Made by a program: the position numbers and the translations under genes. 64,000 nucleotides of DNA from Balanoglossus misakiensis (lineage: Eukaryota; Animalia; Hemichordata), in contig CM082581.2 of assembly GCA_040954595.2 (NCBI GenBank), forward strand, positions 8,541,413-8,605,412, in the 5' to 3' direction. Shown piece after piece: positions 14,647 to 29,240 of the stretch. The notes under the pieces were generated by a model, which was given only the letters and a program-made list of their open reading frames with translations, had not been told where the DNA came from and did no database searches. Within the stretch, counting starts at the first letter, position 1; each line of letters opens with the position of its first letter.

Positions 14647-17600
14647 AAAGACGCGTGTGGCATTTGCGCGGGGCTTTCACGGCTCCGCTTCAATCAGAGC
14701 CGCACGTGCCAACTACGTCATCGCCGCCAACATTGTCAGCCTCGTTCGGTAGGAGTGGTTAAAGTTACTCAACGAGTCGCTGTGGCCAGCCATTTGTACA
14801 CTCGCGTTCGGTTACCCAGGCAACCGTCGGAACTGTGACCCCCCACTCCTGCTTAGCATGAAATGCAAAATAAAAATCGACGTGCTCGGGCGGAACGCGC
14901 ATAACACCAGGATCAGTCGGCATGTAAATTCATTGGAGAGCAGGACTCGGGGAGAGATGTAACGAATCTGTCGTGAAGCTATCCGTTCAACTGTGCGTTT
15001 TAGAGACCCACCTATCTGATGAGTCCGATGAAAACCTGCTCAAACGTAAGTCAGTGTCTGTGTTTGACAAGGAAATACTGCCGGCGACTCGTTTTATATT
15101 CTTTGTACATGCTCAGGAGATGCGGTAAACGTGGCGCATCCGTTACTGCAGGTATTCCGGTGGAAACGTTAGAGCTGAATGACAGAATTACTGTGGTCCA
15201 TGCACTGACGATCTACTGTTACCTGGCCGAGGTTTTATTGCCGCATATCAAATCGACGAAAGCAATTTGCCAAATATATATATGTGTACTTCACAACTTT
15301 TCAATTCATGTTCGATGGCAAAATACTCAATTGTCCTAAATGTTTGTGGTTTTGGATGAAAGTCATTGTAACCCTATCGCAACGCGTGGAACGTTTAGTC
15401 GAGCACCTGCATGGGATTTCTGTCAGCAGTGTAATTTTCCCCCAAAATGCTCAGCATAAACCCTGTTGTCTAGGGTAACCAAATCAAAGGCCGCAAACAA
15501 CTGAGCAATTCGCACCAAACTTGAACAGTGTCCAGGTTCCAGTAATAACGCTGTTTCCCAGAAGCATGAAATCGTTAGTCTGTCCATTCTGACTCGCACT
15601 GGTAAACCTGGCGCTGACGTAAACACGGTGAGGTATACATCGAAGTGTTTAGTCACTATAGGAACATCTGTTACGGGCGTTGTGGCATAAAACCCAGCCA
15701 AACAGTTATTTGACTGTAAAACTCTATGGCTCGTGGCACTCACCGGTGTCAAAGCACGTCACACAAGCTGATCAACGTTGGTTCCTGTTTTAAACTCTAT
15801 CAATCAGACAAAATACCTCGTTTGGCTTAAATTGCCGACACATGATGTCGTGCACACGAATTGTTTCTCCGTCTTCAGTGATTGGCGACAGTCTAATTCA
15901 GTTGGAGCAAATACTCGTTTATTTTTAGGAAGCTTGCTCTCATTTGTTCTTATCTGAATGAACTAACAGCAGACTGATGTGCTTGGATTTAACCCGATAA
16001 TGAACAGTGGAAATGATAAATACATCGGCCTTGAAATGGGTGAAGGGTGTAGACAGCACTTATTCGCTCCTCTTGAGTGAATCTGACATTTTACTAAGTA
16101 TTTTACCACGTCGACCTCCGCCAATGTTTGCCCAGGACGTCGTTGTTCAATCATTTGATTAAAAACAAACACTTCCCTAATGACGAAAAAAACAAACCGT
16201 TTGCGCGGTATTTTCTCCCGGGCAGTCGATTCGAATGAAAGTCGTAGTGCATCTTAGTAATTTTCCGCCAAGCTGGGAGAATCGGCTTTGGGGCATGTCG
16301 TCAAGGTTACAGCAGGCATCTTTAAGGTGGTTTAATACCTTACGTTTGATGAAATTCGGGCAAATCAAATTTAAGCACATGCCTCATATATAACACTTTT
16401 TTTTACCGAAGAACAGCTCAATTTTAAAGAGGCTGTCACTTTTATGAAGTTTGACTACAAAAATATGCAATGTTAAGTTTTCGCATTTTTCTGTTCAATG
16501 GTGTTTTATGCATCGCTTAACAACTATCTTCTTCAGTGAAAATTGTATCTTTTGAGGGGATTTTGTCATTTTTGATTTAAAATATTTATTCTCACAGCAA
16601 ACAATGGCTCTATATTGCTTTGGCATTTGGTTTACATAGTCCTAGGGGTATTCCTATTATCATGTGTAAACATTGTGCTGAACATATCAATATTGTATAT
16701 CTGTAATGTATTCCCATGTCTGTGGGGAAAATGTTTCCACCGAGACACGTCGTTACTCAGAGTGAAGCAGAGAACGGGGTTTACATGTGTACCCAGCAGG
16801 TCTTGTCTCAGTGCTATGTGGGAGACGCGTGACCAGTTTCATTAAGGGCCTAATGCATCTGGCCCTTGGCGTTTCCTCATTTATGTTGTTCTACATTAAA
16901 CACATTCTGCAAGGTACCAATGTTGACTTATCAGGTGTTTAATGGCGAGGCAGACACGATAATTGCACTATCGCGTCGCCAGGTTTCAAACTGTCCTGTG
17001 TATTCGAAATGTCAGTTCAATTTTACTCTGACTGTGCACCTCCTGCCATTGCTAAGCCTTCAATGTCCATGAATCTCTTCAGCGTATATATCTTAAACTC
17101 ATTTCGCCAAAACAGATAAAGCTCAAGGAAAGATGTTTCACGTGCAAGAAACATCAACATATCCCCAGAGATTGATAATGTCACCATACTGTGTCCAACA
17201 GTAAGGTATGAAATAATCGCCACTATGGCATAAAATAAGGCACCGTGGCAGCTATGCAACGCATGCAGGAATTGCAACCGATATGGCGATAAAGAGCTCG
17301 ATTTCCAATCTTTCCGAGAACATTTCCAGCAATAAGCAGGAGCATGTCTATAGGATTTCCTTAGGAAAAGGAAACTACCTCGTTTGCTTCTGTTTCCCGG
17401 CTTGGGCGATATTTTTCATCATCGGCTATTACCGCTGGTTAATAGCCTTGGATATAGGGCACTTAAGATGCCCCCTCCCTCCATTAATATTTATTGATAG
17501 GTGCAAAATTACTATACGTATACTGACAGGTATAGTTGGTCTCTTGTTAATTTGAAGAGTGTCTTTCACATTTGCTCGATTGAGTGTTCATCCTCCTCCT

Positions 17601-17904
17601 CGACCTTCTCCCCTCCTCCTCCTCCTCATCATCATCATCATCTTTATCTTATATTATTATTATTTTATTGTAGGATTGCGGAGTGACATGGTAACCGTCC
17701 AATATTCCCGCCAAATGATCGTCAAGCAACGAATACGGAAAAGTGATGAATAATGACATAGATGTTCTCACGTTCGTAATTTTGCACCTTGAGTGTGTAC
17801 ACCCATAGGTTGAGATTACAGGTGTGTGTGTGAGTGTTGAGAAAAACCTTTGGTACTAAAAATCCGAGGAGATTATTTATTGCCATTCCCGGAACAGAGG
17901 GAGA

Positions 17905-18897
17905 ATGGGGGACGCCGCCAACTCGTCGGATCCCGTGGGATTCTTCGACTGGAGGGAGACCACCATCGCGTTGAAAACTGCACATATTCTGGTCGCCATT
18001 TTGGGCATCACTGGCAACACGTTGGTGTGCTTCGTCATTATACGGGTGAAGAAACTGCACACTCTGACCAACTATTTCATATTCCACCAGTCCCTGGTCG
18101 ACTTCCTGGCCACCGCCGTGTTCATTTTCACCTTCCTGACGCCCGCCTTCCCGCTGTCGCCGAACACGATCAACTCGGTGCTGTACTGTCGACTCGTCTG
18201 GTCTGAGTACATTCTCTGGGCGCTGCTTCTGGTGTCCTCCATCAACCTATCGGCTCTCTCGATAGAGCGGTACTTCGGAGTTTGCCACCCCGTGGTGCAC
18301 CTCAACAAGTTCAACGCGAAGAAGATGAAGATCATCGTGGTGGGCGCCTGGTGTTTTTCCTTCGCCTACCTCTCCTACTGGATGGCCATCTGCACCCAGG
18401 AAGACGGCACTTGCATCGTTTCCCTGGAGAGCGAACTTTTCTCCCGAATCGGCACGTTCCTGGACGCCATGCTCATGACCCTCATCCCGCTGGGAGTCAT
18501 GTCCTTCGCCTACATTAAGATCCTGCGGGCGCTGAACTCGCGGATCAGCCCGGAGGACAGCGCAAACCCCGAAGACAGCCGCCGCCACGGACACACCAAG
18601 TCCTGGGACCGGGCTAAGAGGAACGTCATCCGGACGCTGTGCATCGTCTTCGTCACCTTCACCATCTGCTGGGCGCCAATCACGATATACGACCTACTCT
18701 ACGTGTTTGGCGCGCCGATGAGCTATGAGGACGATTTCTACCTGGTGTCCGTCCTGTTTGCACTCTGTAACATGTGTGTAAACCCGTTCATCTACGCCCT
18801 CCAGTACGAGCAGTTCAAGAAGGCTGCTAAACAAGTCCTGCGTTGCAAAACGAACGAACAACTGATGACGAACAATTCATCAACAATGGGACACTAA
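17905..18897 (+). CDS. Intronless class A (rhodopsin-like) GPCR, orphan, peptide-receptor-like, 330 aa
   Basis: Single ORF, GC-rich relative to its flanks. Seven hydrophobic segments with family motifs: TM1 GN (ITGN), TM2 SLVD, Cys at the top of TM3, ERY, TM4 W, TM5 LIP, TM6 CWAP, TM7 NPFIY, then helix 8 and a Cys. N-terminal NSS sequon. AATAAA at ~19168. Confidence 0.95.
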   Translation: MGDAANSSDPVGFFDWRETTIALKTAHILVAILGITGNTLVCFVIIRVKKLHTLTNYFIFHQSLVDFLATAVFIFTFLTPAFPLSPNTINSVLYCRLVWSEYILWALLLVSSINLSALSIERYFGVCHPVVHLNKFNAKKMKIIVVGAWCFSFAYLSYWMAICTQEDGTCIVSLESELFSRIGTFLDAMLMTLIPLGVMSFAYIKILRALNSRISPEDSANPEDSRRHGHTKSWDRAKRNVIRTLCIVFVTFTICWAPITIYDLLYVFGAPMSYEDDFYLVSVLFALCNMCVNPFIYALQYEQFKKAAKQVLRCKTNEQLMTNNSSTMGH

Positions 18898-21080
18898 AAG
18901 CAATGTAACGAAACCGTGCCAAGTTGAGTCATCGATAACATGCGTTAGCAGAACTATATGTGTTAAATTTTTCAAATCGTATTTTATAAAAATGTAGAAG
19001 ACCACTTAAACGTTGTTACATTTTGTTACCAATGACATTCGTGCGTTTGTGAACTGGTCCTTCTGATATTCAGAAAACCATGCGCACGCGCGGTGGATGA
19101 CAGGGCCGCTTTCATCACGGTGATGACTTTAGACTCCATAATATCTTAACTTTTGACTGGCGACCAAAATAAAATGAATGTACATTGTATAAACTAAAAA
19201 AATATTAGTTGTGGAGAAAAATCCCAGATAGATGTTTTATTAGATTTCTTCAGAAGAAATCGATATATATTGGACTCGACGGAGTCCTATTACAAAAGTT
19301 TACGCGTTTGCCGTAAAACTTGTTTAAATTGTCCAGCTTATTAATGGCATTGATAATGGAGTTATGTTTACAAGAACATTTACTTATATACTGCGGAATG
19401 CTGCAATGTAACTTTATATAAGGTAAGGTTACCCTTAAGTGCATTTACTGTTAGATATTTGGCTAAGTTGAAAATAAAATATAGCCAATTCGCTGACTTT
19501 CCTTCAATAAATCTGCCAATCAGGGCAGAAAGTACAGATGCCAGCTGTATAATAATAAAGTAAAAAATGTGTTATTTATGACCAACGTCATAATAAGTGA
19601 AACGTAAAATTCTAATTTTCTTTAATGTCAGAAATAAAAGTGTTTTTATAAAATATGCATTAATTGAACAGCTATGTTCACAATATACTTTTACAGATCA
19701 AAGGCCAGGCGTGTTATGCTTTGGGGGGGGGGGGGGTATACATATATCTTCTGGGCAACTTTGTCCCCGTGGTTCCTTGGATGAGTTGAGCAGTGAAAAC
19801 TCTCTCTCTGTCTCTCTCTCTGCGTGTGTGTGCGTGCGTGAGTACGAACTATCTTGTTTTCCCCTTTTCTTCGCTTGCTAAGGTAAATTCCGAGTTCAAA
19901 TTTCAGAAATCGCGAGTTCATTATTACCCCATCGTTAATGGGTCGTGCGTGCTTTTTCTTTCAGAACACGTACTCTGTTCTTGGCAGGGGGATTTGCAAA
20001 TATTTTATAAAAGCCACATTAATGAGGACGAATGAAGGTGTACATAACACACAGATTATTGTATCCAAGCAGGAGCGTTCCTTAAGCCGAAGTGGAACCG
20101 GAGAAATCCTCTCCGGTCAGGTTTTGTGTCAACGTAAATTACATTTCAGACACCTCAGAAGCAGTTGTTGTTTTGATTAAATTTGGCACCAAGGGTTCTG
20201 TCCGGTACGACATTATACTGAGTCTCATTTTCCAATTTGTGTATCTTCGCAGCTATGCCCATACTACGGGAAACGCTTCGGATAATTCTTCACGCATTTG
20301 AAGAGGATGTTGCGCGTGGCCGTGCATTCATTCGACTTAGCAAGCTCTTTAGAAAACAAATTGATAGCGGGTTGATAAAAGGGTCCGGACGAGCTGTGTT
20401 TCCGCAGCGATCATTTTGATGGTTTGTGTTTTTTTGTTGTACCGAAAGCGTTCGATGGCTATCTGGCGGGAAATGCTTTGTTGTAAACTCGGATTTCTCG
20501 TCAATCTTTATTGCAGTGGCTGGTTAATACTTTCCCCCATCAGGCTTATATAGACACAGTAATTTCGCGAACACTGTATAGAAGGTTACTGGCGACTAAA
20601 ACATTTCTATCAGGAATTTTGAAACGTGACCATTTTATATACTTTCACGACTTCGTGTCCATCACGGATGAATGTGGCCAGTTATGCCCCGATGCAACTA
20701 TACATTCTTGACCTCGGAGGTCATTTTCATCACAAAGCGACGCGAACGCCGAGGATTGCAGCAGCTGTGGGCATGGTTACTTCATGGTGATAGACGGATC
20801 TGATAAACTTTGGCGGAATTTGGCGCTGTTGACTGAATCGCTACATTTCCATTGACGGCCTCTTTTCAAGCGGTTGATAAACATCGCACACCGCGAATGA
20901 ATTCACCGGCCGTGAAAGCTGAAGAGACGGAATGTCATCAGAATCAGATCTAATTCGAACGATGACTGAACATGCGCCGCCGAGCCATCGTCGCAAAAGT
21001 AGGGCACCTGTCTTGTCGCGGCTATTTGTAGACGGTGGAGTTACTGAGGAATCAGTGGCTCTTTTTGATAAATAATTAGA

Positions 21081-21163
<83 letters not shown>

Positions 21164-21168
21164 TATAA

Positions 21169-21247
<79 letters not shown>

Positions 21248-21248
21248 A
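21081..21248. repeat. Compound microsatellite (TAAC)n-(AAAT)n
   Basis: Read directly: about 20 units of each motif. Confidence 0.98.
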
Positions 21249-22188
21249 TTCTCTACAGTTTAACATGACAAGCCAATTTAGCTTGGCATGAATGATGATG
21301 GTGGTGGTGGTGAGTGTGATAAAAATAATAATAACTATAAGTATAATAATACAAATTTTAAGGTACATATATACGTATTTGAAATCGGCAACATATGAAT
21401 GCCTTTCTGTATGTACCTTTTGGATAACTGCAGTTGTTATCAACTGTCATCATGTCCCGACGCCAATGTTTACTCTAGCCTAAATAGATTACTCTGTCAA
21501 TGAAATCGCATAGCAACCCGCAGCATCGTGCTCAAGTAATGAAAGATTACAGCATGGAAGCATGCTTGTGAGTCGCTAATTGATGTGATTTTTTGTCGTC
21601 ATCTGGTGTTTTTATTGGACGTTAAGGGAGTGAATGAACCAAGCTGGTGACACAATCGAGCTATTCTACGCGGGCCGCGTGTATAGGAAAGTTTTTAAAA
21701 CACTTTACATTATGCAGCATTCGCGTAACATGTAAGTGTGCAATCCTGAATGATGTTTTAAAATCCGCTATGGTTGTGTTCAGAATTAATCAAACTAACT
21801 GCGATATATATTTTATAATACCATAGTACTTGAGACTGAAAAAAAACCTGAAAGAGATCTTCATCTAGTGCAGAATTCCAACTACCTGAAATTGCCTTTT
21901 CCTCGTTGCTAAGAAACAAATAGCACAGGATATTGCGTTGGGTTCCGGACAGAAAAAAAGTTGATAAGTCGATGATGAATAGATTGAGTGTGTGAACGTA
22001 AAGTAAATACTATGCCAATTGTACAGTCGTGGCACTCTTACTGTGACGAATCAAATGTTGTATACACGGAGGCATGTGGCACGAGACGGACTAACAACGT
22101 TGTCTTGGTGCAAACAAAGCCTGCGCGCCAGTAACTTTCATAATAATTCAATTCCATGCATACATGTATATATTGATATCGACCTTCT

Positions 22189-22219
<31 letters not shown>

Positions 22220-22589
22220 CTCTTGTACGCGCTTAAATTCGCCTTCTTCCATGCCGTTATCGGCTTCTGTTGAATTCTATTACCGGGTACTTAGTTGCGA
22301 CAATTAGTATGAATATAGACAGACATAATGCTAATCTGCGTAATCGTCAACTTGAACGTTTTCGCCTAGTTTTGTCAACACGTTATCACTTAATTCCCAA
22401 ATAATCACGGTAGCCTTGACAACAGTAAGAATGGATGTGCCTACTGTCAAGGCTGCACGTACACACCCCATAGTTCATCTTTTAAACGTGTTAGGCCTAT
22501 ATTGGATAATGTTTGTTTGCTTCCTACATACATGTACAAGCATTTGTGCATCCAGATATGAACATCGATGTGCTTTTTCGAAAAAGTAA

Positions 22590-22850
22590 CAACGCACCAA
22601 GCTTTCACTTTCTTGCAAATGTCATGGATAACCTAATCAAGCAAACTTGATTAAGACAGAATGACACTTGGCATTTTCTTAACTTCACCAAGGCATTTTA
22701 CGCTATTGATCATCATTTCTCTCCAAGCTCTCAAATAATGGTATTTCGGACACTTCCTCTTTTAATTAGCGCTTCGCGGATTATTCTCGTGACAGGTGTC
22801 AATACATTTGTGCCAACAGCAATGTATCGACTAACCTAAAGTGTAATACA
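22590..22850 (+). mobile_element. Degenerate CR1/L2-type LINE reverse-transcriptase fragment
   Basis: Frameshifted translation gives TLGIF/LNFTKAFYAIDHH/LSKLSNNGISDT...DYSRDRCQYICANSNVS, resembling the RT motif GIFLDFSKAFDTIDH.LL.KL..YGI...YL.DR.QYV. Confidence 0.65.
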
Positions 22851-23465
22851 AGTATATATTGGTAGGATTATTTACACGGTAGTTTTGCTTTAGTGTGCGT
22901 TATACGTTTAGGGGTCATTGACCAGTTGAAACATACTAGCTGATTGTGTGTGAGTGGATTCTATTCTGCACGATATAATCTGGTTTCCAAACTCTTGACT
23001 CGCTATTCCAAATTATTTAAGTCACAGCTGGCCTGAGGATTTCCTGCCATCGTGTGACAAAGCCAGTGCAGTTCTGGAGACCTGAATAAAGCTGTTACCG
23101 GCCCATTTGTTAAAATACTGTATACTGTTGTCTGCCAGTGTAAGTTCACAAAACTGCACATACAACTGATGCGCCCCGTGCTGCCAACTAACAGTTTACA
23201 GTAACCTGTCATGCTCCTGTCTCGCGGGAGGTTGGGTCGGCATCGCCTAAATACTGACTTCACATAAATCGGATTGATAATCTCGGTCATCTATAAGGAA
23301 ACCCCAGGCACTAATCTTTTAACTAATCCGCTTTCTCTGAAGATCGAGAGATGGTAACCGCTGAGAATTTTCATCAATCTTTTGGTAAGCCTTATTGCGA
23401 GACAGGAAGACTCTCGCTGAATTTTGACTATTAGACTTCGTTGAAGTTGACAGATACAGTTGACA

Positions 23466-23501
<36 letters not shown>

Positions 23502-23502
23502 T

Positions 23503-23555
<53 letters not shown>

Positions 23556-23976
23556 ATGTATGTATGTATGTATGTATGTATGTATGTATGTATGTATGTA
23601 TGTATGTATGTATGTATGTACATGTATGTATGTATGTATGTATGTATGTATGTATGTATGTATGTATGTATGTATGTATGTATGTATGTATGTACATGTA
23701 TGTATGTATGTATGTATGTATGTATGTATGTATGTATGTATGTATGTATGTATGTATGTATGTATGTATGTATGTATGTATGTATGTATGTATGTATGTA
23801 TGTATGTATGTATGTATGTATGTATGTATGTATGTATGTATGTATGTATGTATGTATGTATGTATGTATGTATGTATGTATGTATGTATGTATGTATGTA
23901 TGTATGTATGTATGTATGTATGTATGTATGTATGTATGTATGTATGTATGTATGTATGTATGTATGTATGTATGTA
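23466..23976. repeat. Long compound microsatellite (TCTG)n-(TATG)n, ~510 bp
   Basis: Read directly. The TATG array is interrupted twice by TACA (~23619, ~23693). Confidence 0.98.
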
Positions 23977-24819
23977 GCACACTTTGTTCGTATGTAGGTC
24001 GAAGCATAAATTCGTGTGACCCAAACTGTCTCAATTACTTACATGTGTATGTACACACTTTATTACTGAAACCAAAAACCTCTTCATTCATTTTTTGGGA
24101 GTCATAACGTCCTTCCATATATTAGGAATACAATTTATTGATCCGGTAAATAACGCCGACACAAAGCGAAGCATTTACTTTCATAATGAAAAATGCTATC
24201 AATGTTTTTTATAAATCAAATCATTATTGGATCGACCTCGATATTTATGGACTTAATAAAATTACGACGAATCATTGCTTTGTCGTACCACATAAATTCT
24301 CAGTCAAAATGGGATTTAATGAAGTACATTCAAACACAGTGGCTGCGACGAGTTCTGTTTCTATTCACGTGATGATTACGAGAGTCAGCCAGTAACCACT
24401 CGAAGAAAATTGAATTTCTGATGAATGTTCTCAGGGTGTATTACGGGAGTACTTCATGCAGAACGTGCTTGTCCTTCACGCCCTTTTCTCTGGGTGAATT
24501 GACGTGATTACTGGCGCTCCGGTTGGCTGGACGCGGTTGCTATTCACGCACAAAAGCCAAAGCCATTTGTCTCTCCCGCCATCTATAGAGCGACGTCTGC
24601 CAACAATTATTGCATTTCAACCTGTTTGCCACCGACTATGCGGTTTGCCTGCATCACAATATTGAAAACGCATTCATATAAATTGAATACGTTCATATTG
24701 AAGTTGGCTTACGAAAACAATCAAATTCTTCGGATTTTCAATACGACGAGTACTCTACGCGTTGGCAGTATATCCGATTGATTGTGTAGGCGTTACCTAT
24801 AACATTTGGTTTCCCACAG

Positions 24820-24860
24820 GTGAAGATGAAATCGCCACTGTGACAGCCTTCCATGGCAAG
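24820..24860 (+). CDS. Candidate alternative exon of the DSD-like gene carrying ATG at 24853 (MAR, phase 2)
   Basis: Acceptor ttcccacag| at 24819, ccATGGcaag|gtacgc donor at 24861. Phase 2 is compatible with the exon at 32657. Confidence 0.45.
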
Positions 24861-27800
24861 GTACGCTACTAAAACTCGTCATGTAATTTTGAAGCGAGCT
24901 TTAAATTGGCGTCAACGTGACAAATTACCAAAAGAGTTCACATGTTAACAAATATATTCCAAAACACCAGTACTTAATTTTTCTTACTATGTTTTGTTTA
25001 TTAAGCAAACCGGTTCACATGTACATTTGTATGTTGAAGTGGTACGTCAATATCATGAGTCATCTAAGTCAAGTGCCATTTCATAATGCACATTCAATAA
25101 AAGGGAAGTAGGACAGAAATAAAACGTACACATTCCTATGTTCCTTAGTAATGCACCTTTACTATGTGAACCATTCCCGTGCAAATTCGTACCAGTGGTG
25201 GCGCTTAAATCTTACAAATAATATCAACCTTGCACATATCGGGGAGCTTGCTCATATTAGTACCAGAAAATTAGAATGTTAACCATATAGATTTCCATTC
25301 CAGTCAGAAAAGTCGATACTTGTTTTATTTTAATGTGAACCGATAATGTTACATTTATCCTTGGTTTCAATGACTCAACCTCCGCACAAGTTATGCGGAT
25401 GCATTTTCTCTTTTTTCACCTCCGACTCAACAAAGAGAACCTTCTGGACTCTACGTGCCACAAAAGGCATACAATAATTAAATTGTCGTTTCTGCGACAG
25501 GAACCCTTTAATGGAGAGTCTCGTTGACTATATGGCAGAAATGGATGCGCAAACAAAGGGACGTGGATCTCAAGTTACGACCGACCGACATGCATTGAAA
25601 TTCGTCTCATTTATCAAACGGGTTTTGATGCTGATAGTCGTTCTGTACACTTGACGTTTTCAAGTAGAAATAACATGAATGGATGACCATGGTATACCAG
25701 TGAAACGATTTATCCTTAATTTGTGGAACTCTTAGTCCGCGTTTCTCAGAATCCGTCATATTTCAATCCAGTAAACTATATTTCATTTTACTGCACCAAG
25801 GCAGCATTCATTTGCGAGCGGACGGGCATTGTCAAGTAAACGATTTCGTGTCGTTTTACAGCTACGTCATGTCGACTCAACGTTCTCGATTTTCTTATGC
25901 CCTTTTCCTGGAGGTTCTCCATCAATAAGGTCGTAGTCAGTTATTTACAATAACGTATTCATCATTTAACATTGGAAGTGTCTTCCCGCCAACCGAAATG
26001 TAGCTGAAGGTTGTCCTGAAAAATATTTTTTTATTTATTTGTTTGTTTTATTTATGATGTGTAGGAACAGTAATATTTCATAAGATTCATGGCGAAAAAT
26101 TCATGTATTAATTAGTTATTGATGCATTTTGAAGTAGGCCCTGTTGCATTGCCGAGAAACTAAGACAAGCTTCAGCCGAAATGTTTGTCAAAGATTTGAG
26201 TAATTCCAACTAAAGTGGCTTTGTTGCTTTCTCGTATTACAGAAAACCATAAGCTGGGGAAACGGACAAGTCCTCTGTTGTGGGAACAATTTCGATGTTA
26301 ACTTTGAGGGCGTTATGTACTTGCTCATTATGTAACTGACTATGATACGAACAAATGTTGGTATTTTTACAGTTACATCGTTGGGGGCGTCGTTTCCGTT
26401 AGGTTAGCGACGTATAGTTTACTAGGAGAATGTACAGTCGACAAAAATTTTACTAAAATAATATTATGCATGGCAGCTACACGCTTAACTAGAACATGCT
26501 CTGAAATAGAAAGAGCAGCTGGGTGCAAATGTCACACCACAGGCATGGAAATCATCGTTATTGCACGTATAGGTGTGTTAATTGCCATGTCCTCCACGGG
26601 CGTGTGTACATACATGTACAGGCCAATAAAATCAGCATGATCTTGAATAATTTTCTGCAGCTGAAAAAGAACTTCTGAACAGTCAAGGTCAAGAGAGAGG
26701 ATAATAGAGTGATTTTAACCGCGCTTGCAATGTTCATTTCCTGGGCAGGTGTTTCTGAACGCTAATGTCACGGCACGCTCGCCGGGGAAAGGCAGTCGCC
26801 GCCGCTCATTAGTATTCCGTATCATCATCAGAAATCAAATATATTCTCCTCTCATGTCAAACCGAGTCAAGTTATATAGCGTCTGGACTATAATGATCTT
26901 AAATATTCATGTAACGTCACTGCGAATGCAGATAAAGTCTGAGAGCGTCTTTGATTCGGGTGATTCAAGCGAAGAACACCGACATTGAATATCTCCACTC
27001 ACTCGGACAGGTGAGTTAATTTTTTAACTTTTCATCAAAGCAGGGTTGAGGGACAGCACCCCTGAAATGCTGAATATTGTATGTGTACTAGTCTATACTA
27101 TTTATCTAATCTCTATTTTCCACAACCCGTTCTATTCTATTATATATGGCCGCATTGCGATTTTCGAAATGTCAAATTTTATTTAATTTATTCTGATCAC
27201 ACGATTTCTTTTCATGTATTATAAGTTAATTCTCTCCCGGAGCTTTGATTTAGTATATGCTACTGTATTGCCCAGTGTTATCAATATCAGGGCACAGTTT
27301 CAAAATATTATATCATATTTTTTTTATAAAAAGGAGAAACCCTCCATATTGCCTGTGTTTTGATGCATAAACTGGGGTGTAATATAAACGTGAAAATAAA
27401 ATGACTGTCTGTCGTATAATTTCCTGCAGTTACCCGTAATTGAGTTGGGTGGCCATTTTGAATGTACAATTTTGGTTAAATTCGAGATTACGTAATGCTC
27501 TGGTCCAAAAATGCAATGTAAGGATCGCGTTTAAAAAAATTAAATGTCTTTCAAATTTTCCTGGCTAATCCCCTCTAATATTAAAGTGAACTATATTTCA
27601 CTGAAGTGGTAAGAATTGTGATACAGGGGGTTATTAGTCTAAATTATGTAAGACTATAAGAGGCTGACTCGATTGACATCGTCACATTCCGTCTAGACTT
27701 CTCCTTTCAGCTGAATTGAACTTTTTCCAATGCTCATAGAAATATAAGTTTTGAAAAAAGTGTACTAATTGGTGATGACGTCATCAGACGTAATGCCCCA

Positions 27801-28979
27801 AGGAAGACCGTACATTTATGGGCAAATCTTCAGACAGTATATACGATTTTTTATAATCTTTCAATTCCTTATTGCATTGATACTTGAGTTGTTGGGCCAT
27901 TTTCTTGAATTTCAAACTCTCGAAATTGCAAATTGTGGAAAATTATCATGAAACTTTCTTTTTCTCGGCAGCAAATTACCTCCTTAATTGGACAGTTGTG
28001 ATATTACAAAAAAAAAAACACTTTCAAACGGCCTATTTTGGTTCAAACATCTAAAAACATGTTGAAACTCTCCGGAGTACATGTCTTCGACTTGCCAAAA
28101 CAACTTTTATATACATACATGTAGCTATATTCATCTTATTTACAATTGTTAATTACAAGTGTATTTTCGTTATAATTTGAGTAGAAAGGCTGAAAATCAA
28201 AGTCAGTCACGTTACTATACACACGTCTTTGGGGAGATTATATGAACAAGAAACTGTAGTTGGCGCACTGAACAAAATACCAAACGTCACAACTGATGCC
28301 CCGTTAATGTTTGAACCGAGAATGACGGCCAATAAATTTGACATCTTTGTATCGCGGCCAGCGATCCGAAACATGATATAAATATGGAAAGCGTATGGCA
28401 AAGACCCATCATGCTAATATGCACTGACATGCACGTTGAACGCAAAATACTAATGAGCCTGTTGGTAAAAAAAACCTGCTGTAGCTTAACCATAAGGACG
28501 AAAATGATGATCACTCAAACTTACAGTGGGATTAATGATAAAGGCTCTTTTAAACATAGTAATCGCCCGGAGATTTTTTGACATGTGTTGACGTTGGATC
28601 GTGACCTGGGTAATTGACCAACCCAGAGGATGTCATTCTTCGTGGATTTATTTTTATGTTCTGAGGCAATTCTCACAATATGGTGGGCGCTCGGAGATAT
28701 TTTTTCGTGGTACCGGGTGCGCGTGTGCAACTTTTGCCCGTTCATTTCCAAATCAAGCAAATCGGTGCCTATTTTTGTACGCAACAATGTACCGTCATCT
28801 GGAACTGATGGTCGGAATTATACAAAATCGAAATTATCTTCACGCAGGAGACAGCTTTGCATCATGAGACAACAACAACGCGGAATAATTGGACGAATTA
28901 AAGACAATAATCCACGGAAAAAAAAATGAATCTAACTTGACTGGTAAAAATAAAACCCGCATCTATATTTTTGGAGCGC

Positions 28980-29223
28980 GTTACTCACGACACTGATGAC
29001 AAAAGCGGCGGCGTGATCGCACTTTGATGAAAACGAGGTGAGCCTGTTCAAACGGGGACAAGCCCCCGAGTCACGTGACCACCAGCGTTGCTCTCAGTTG
29101 GTAGTCGTGGGGCCGCGATACGCCAGCTGTATTTACGTTCTGCCGCACACTGAAGCGTTTACTGCGAATTTGTTCTGTCAACCTCAGCCGGAGCCGGCGA
29201 TATATTTTTGAGAACTCGCCACG
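28980..29223 (+). promoter_or_regulatory. Putative promoter/5'UTR of the DSD-like gene with palindromic extended E-box GTCACGTGAC at 29070-29079
   Basis: Locally CpG-rich. A perfect USF/MiT-TFE (CLEAR)-type E-box lies ~150 bp upstream of the ATG+donor exon. Confidence 0.4.
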
Positions 29224-29240
29224 ATGTTGTGTTTAAAACG
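29224..29240 (+). CDS. Candidate first coding exon of the DSD-like gene (MLCLKR, phase 2)
   Basis: ATG TTG TGT TTA AAA CG|gtaagg. Phase 2 matches the acceptor at 32657 (g AAC ATC...). Preceded by a CpG-rich promoter-like segment. Confidence 0.55.

Noticed and set aside
23291-24107. Long ORFs (HTYI/VCMY repeats)
   Set aside because: Artefacts of the stop-free (TATG)n/(TCTG)n microsatellite.
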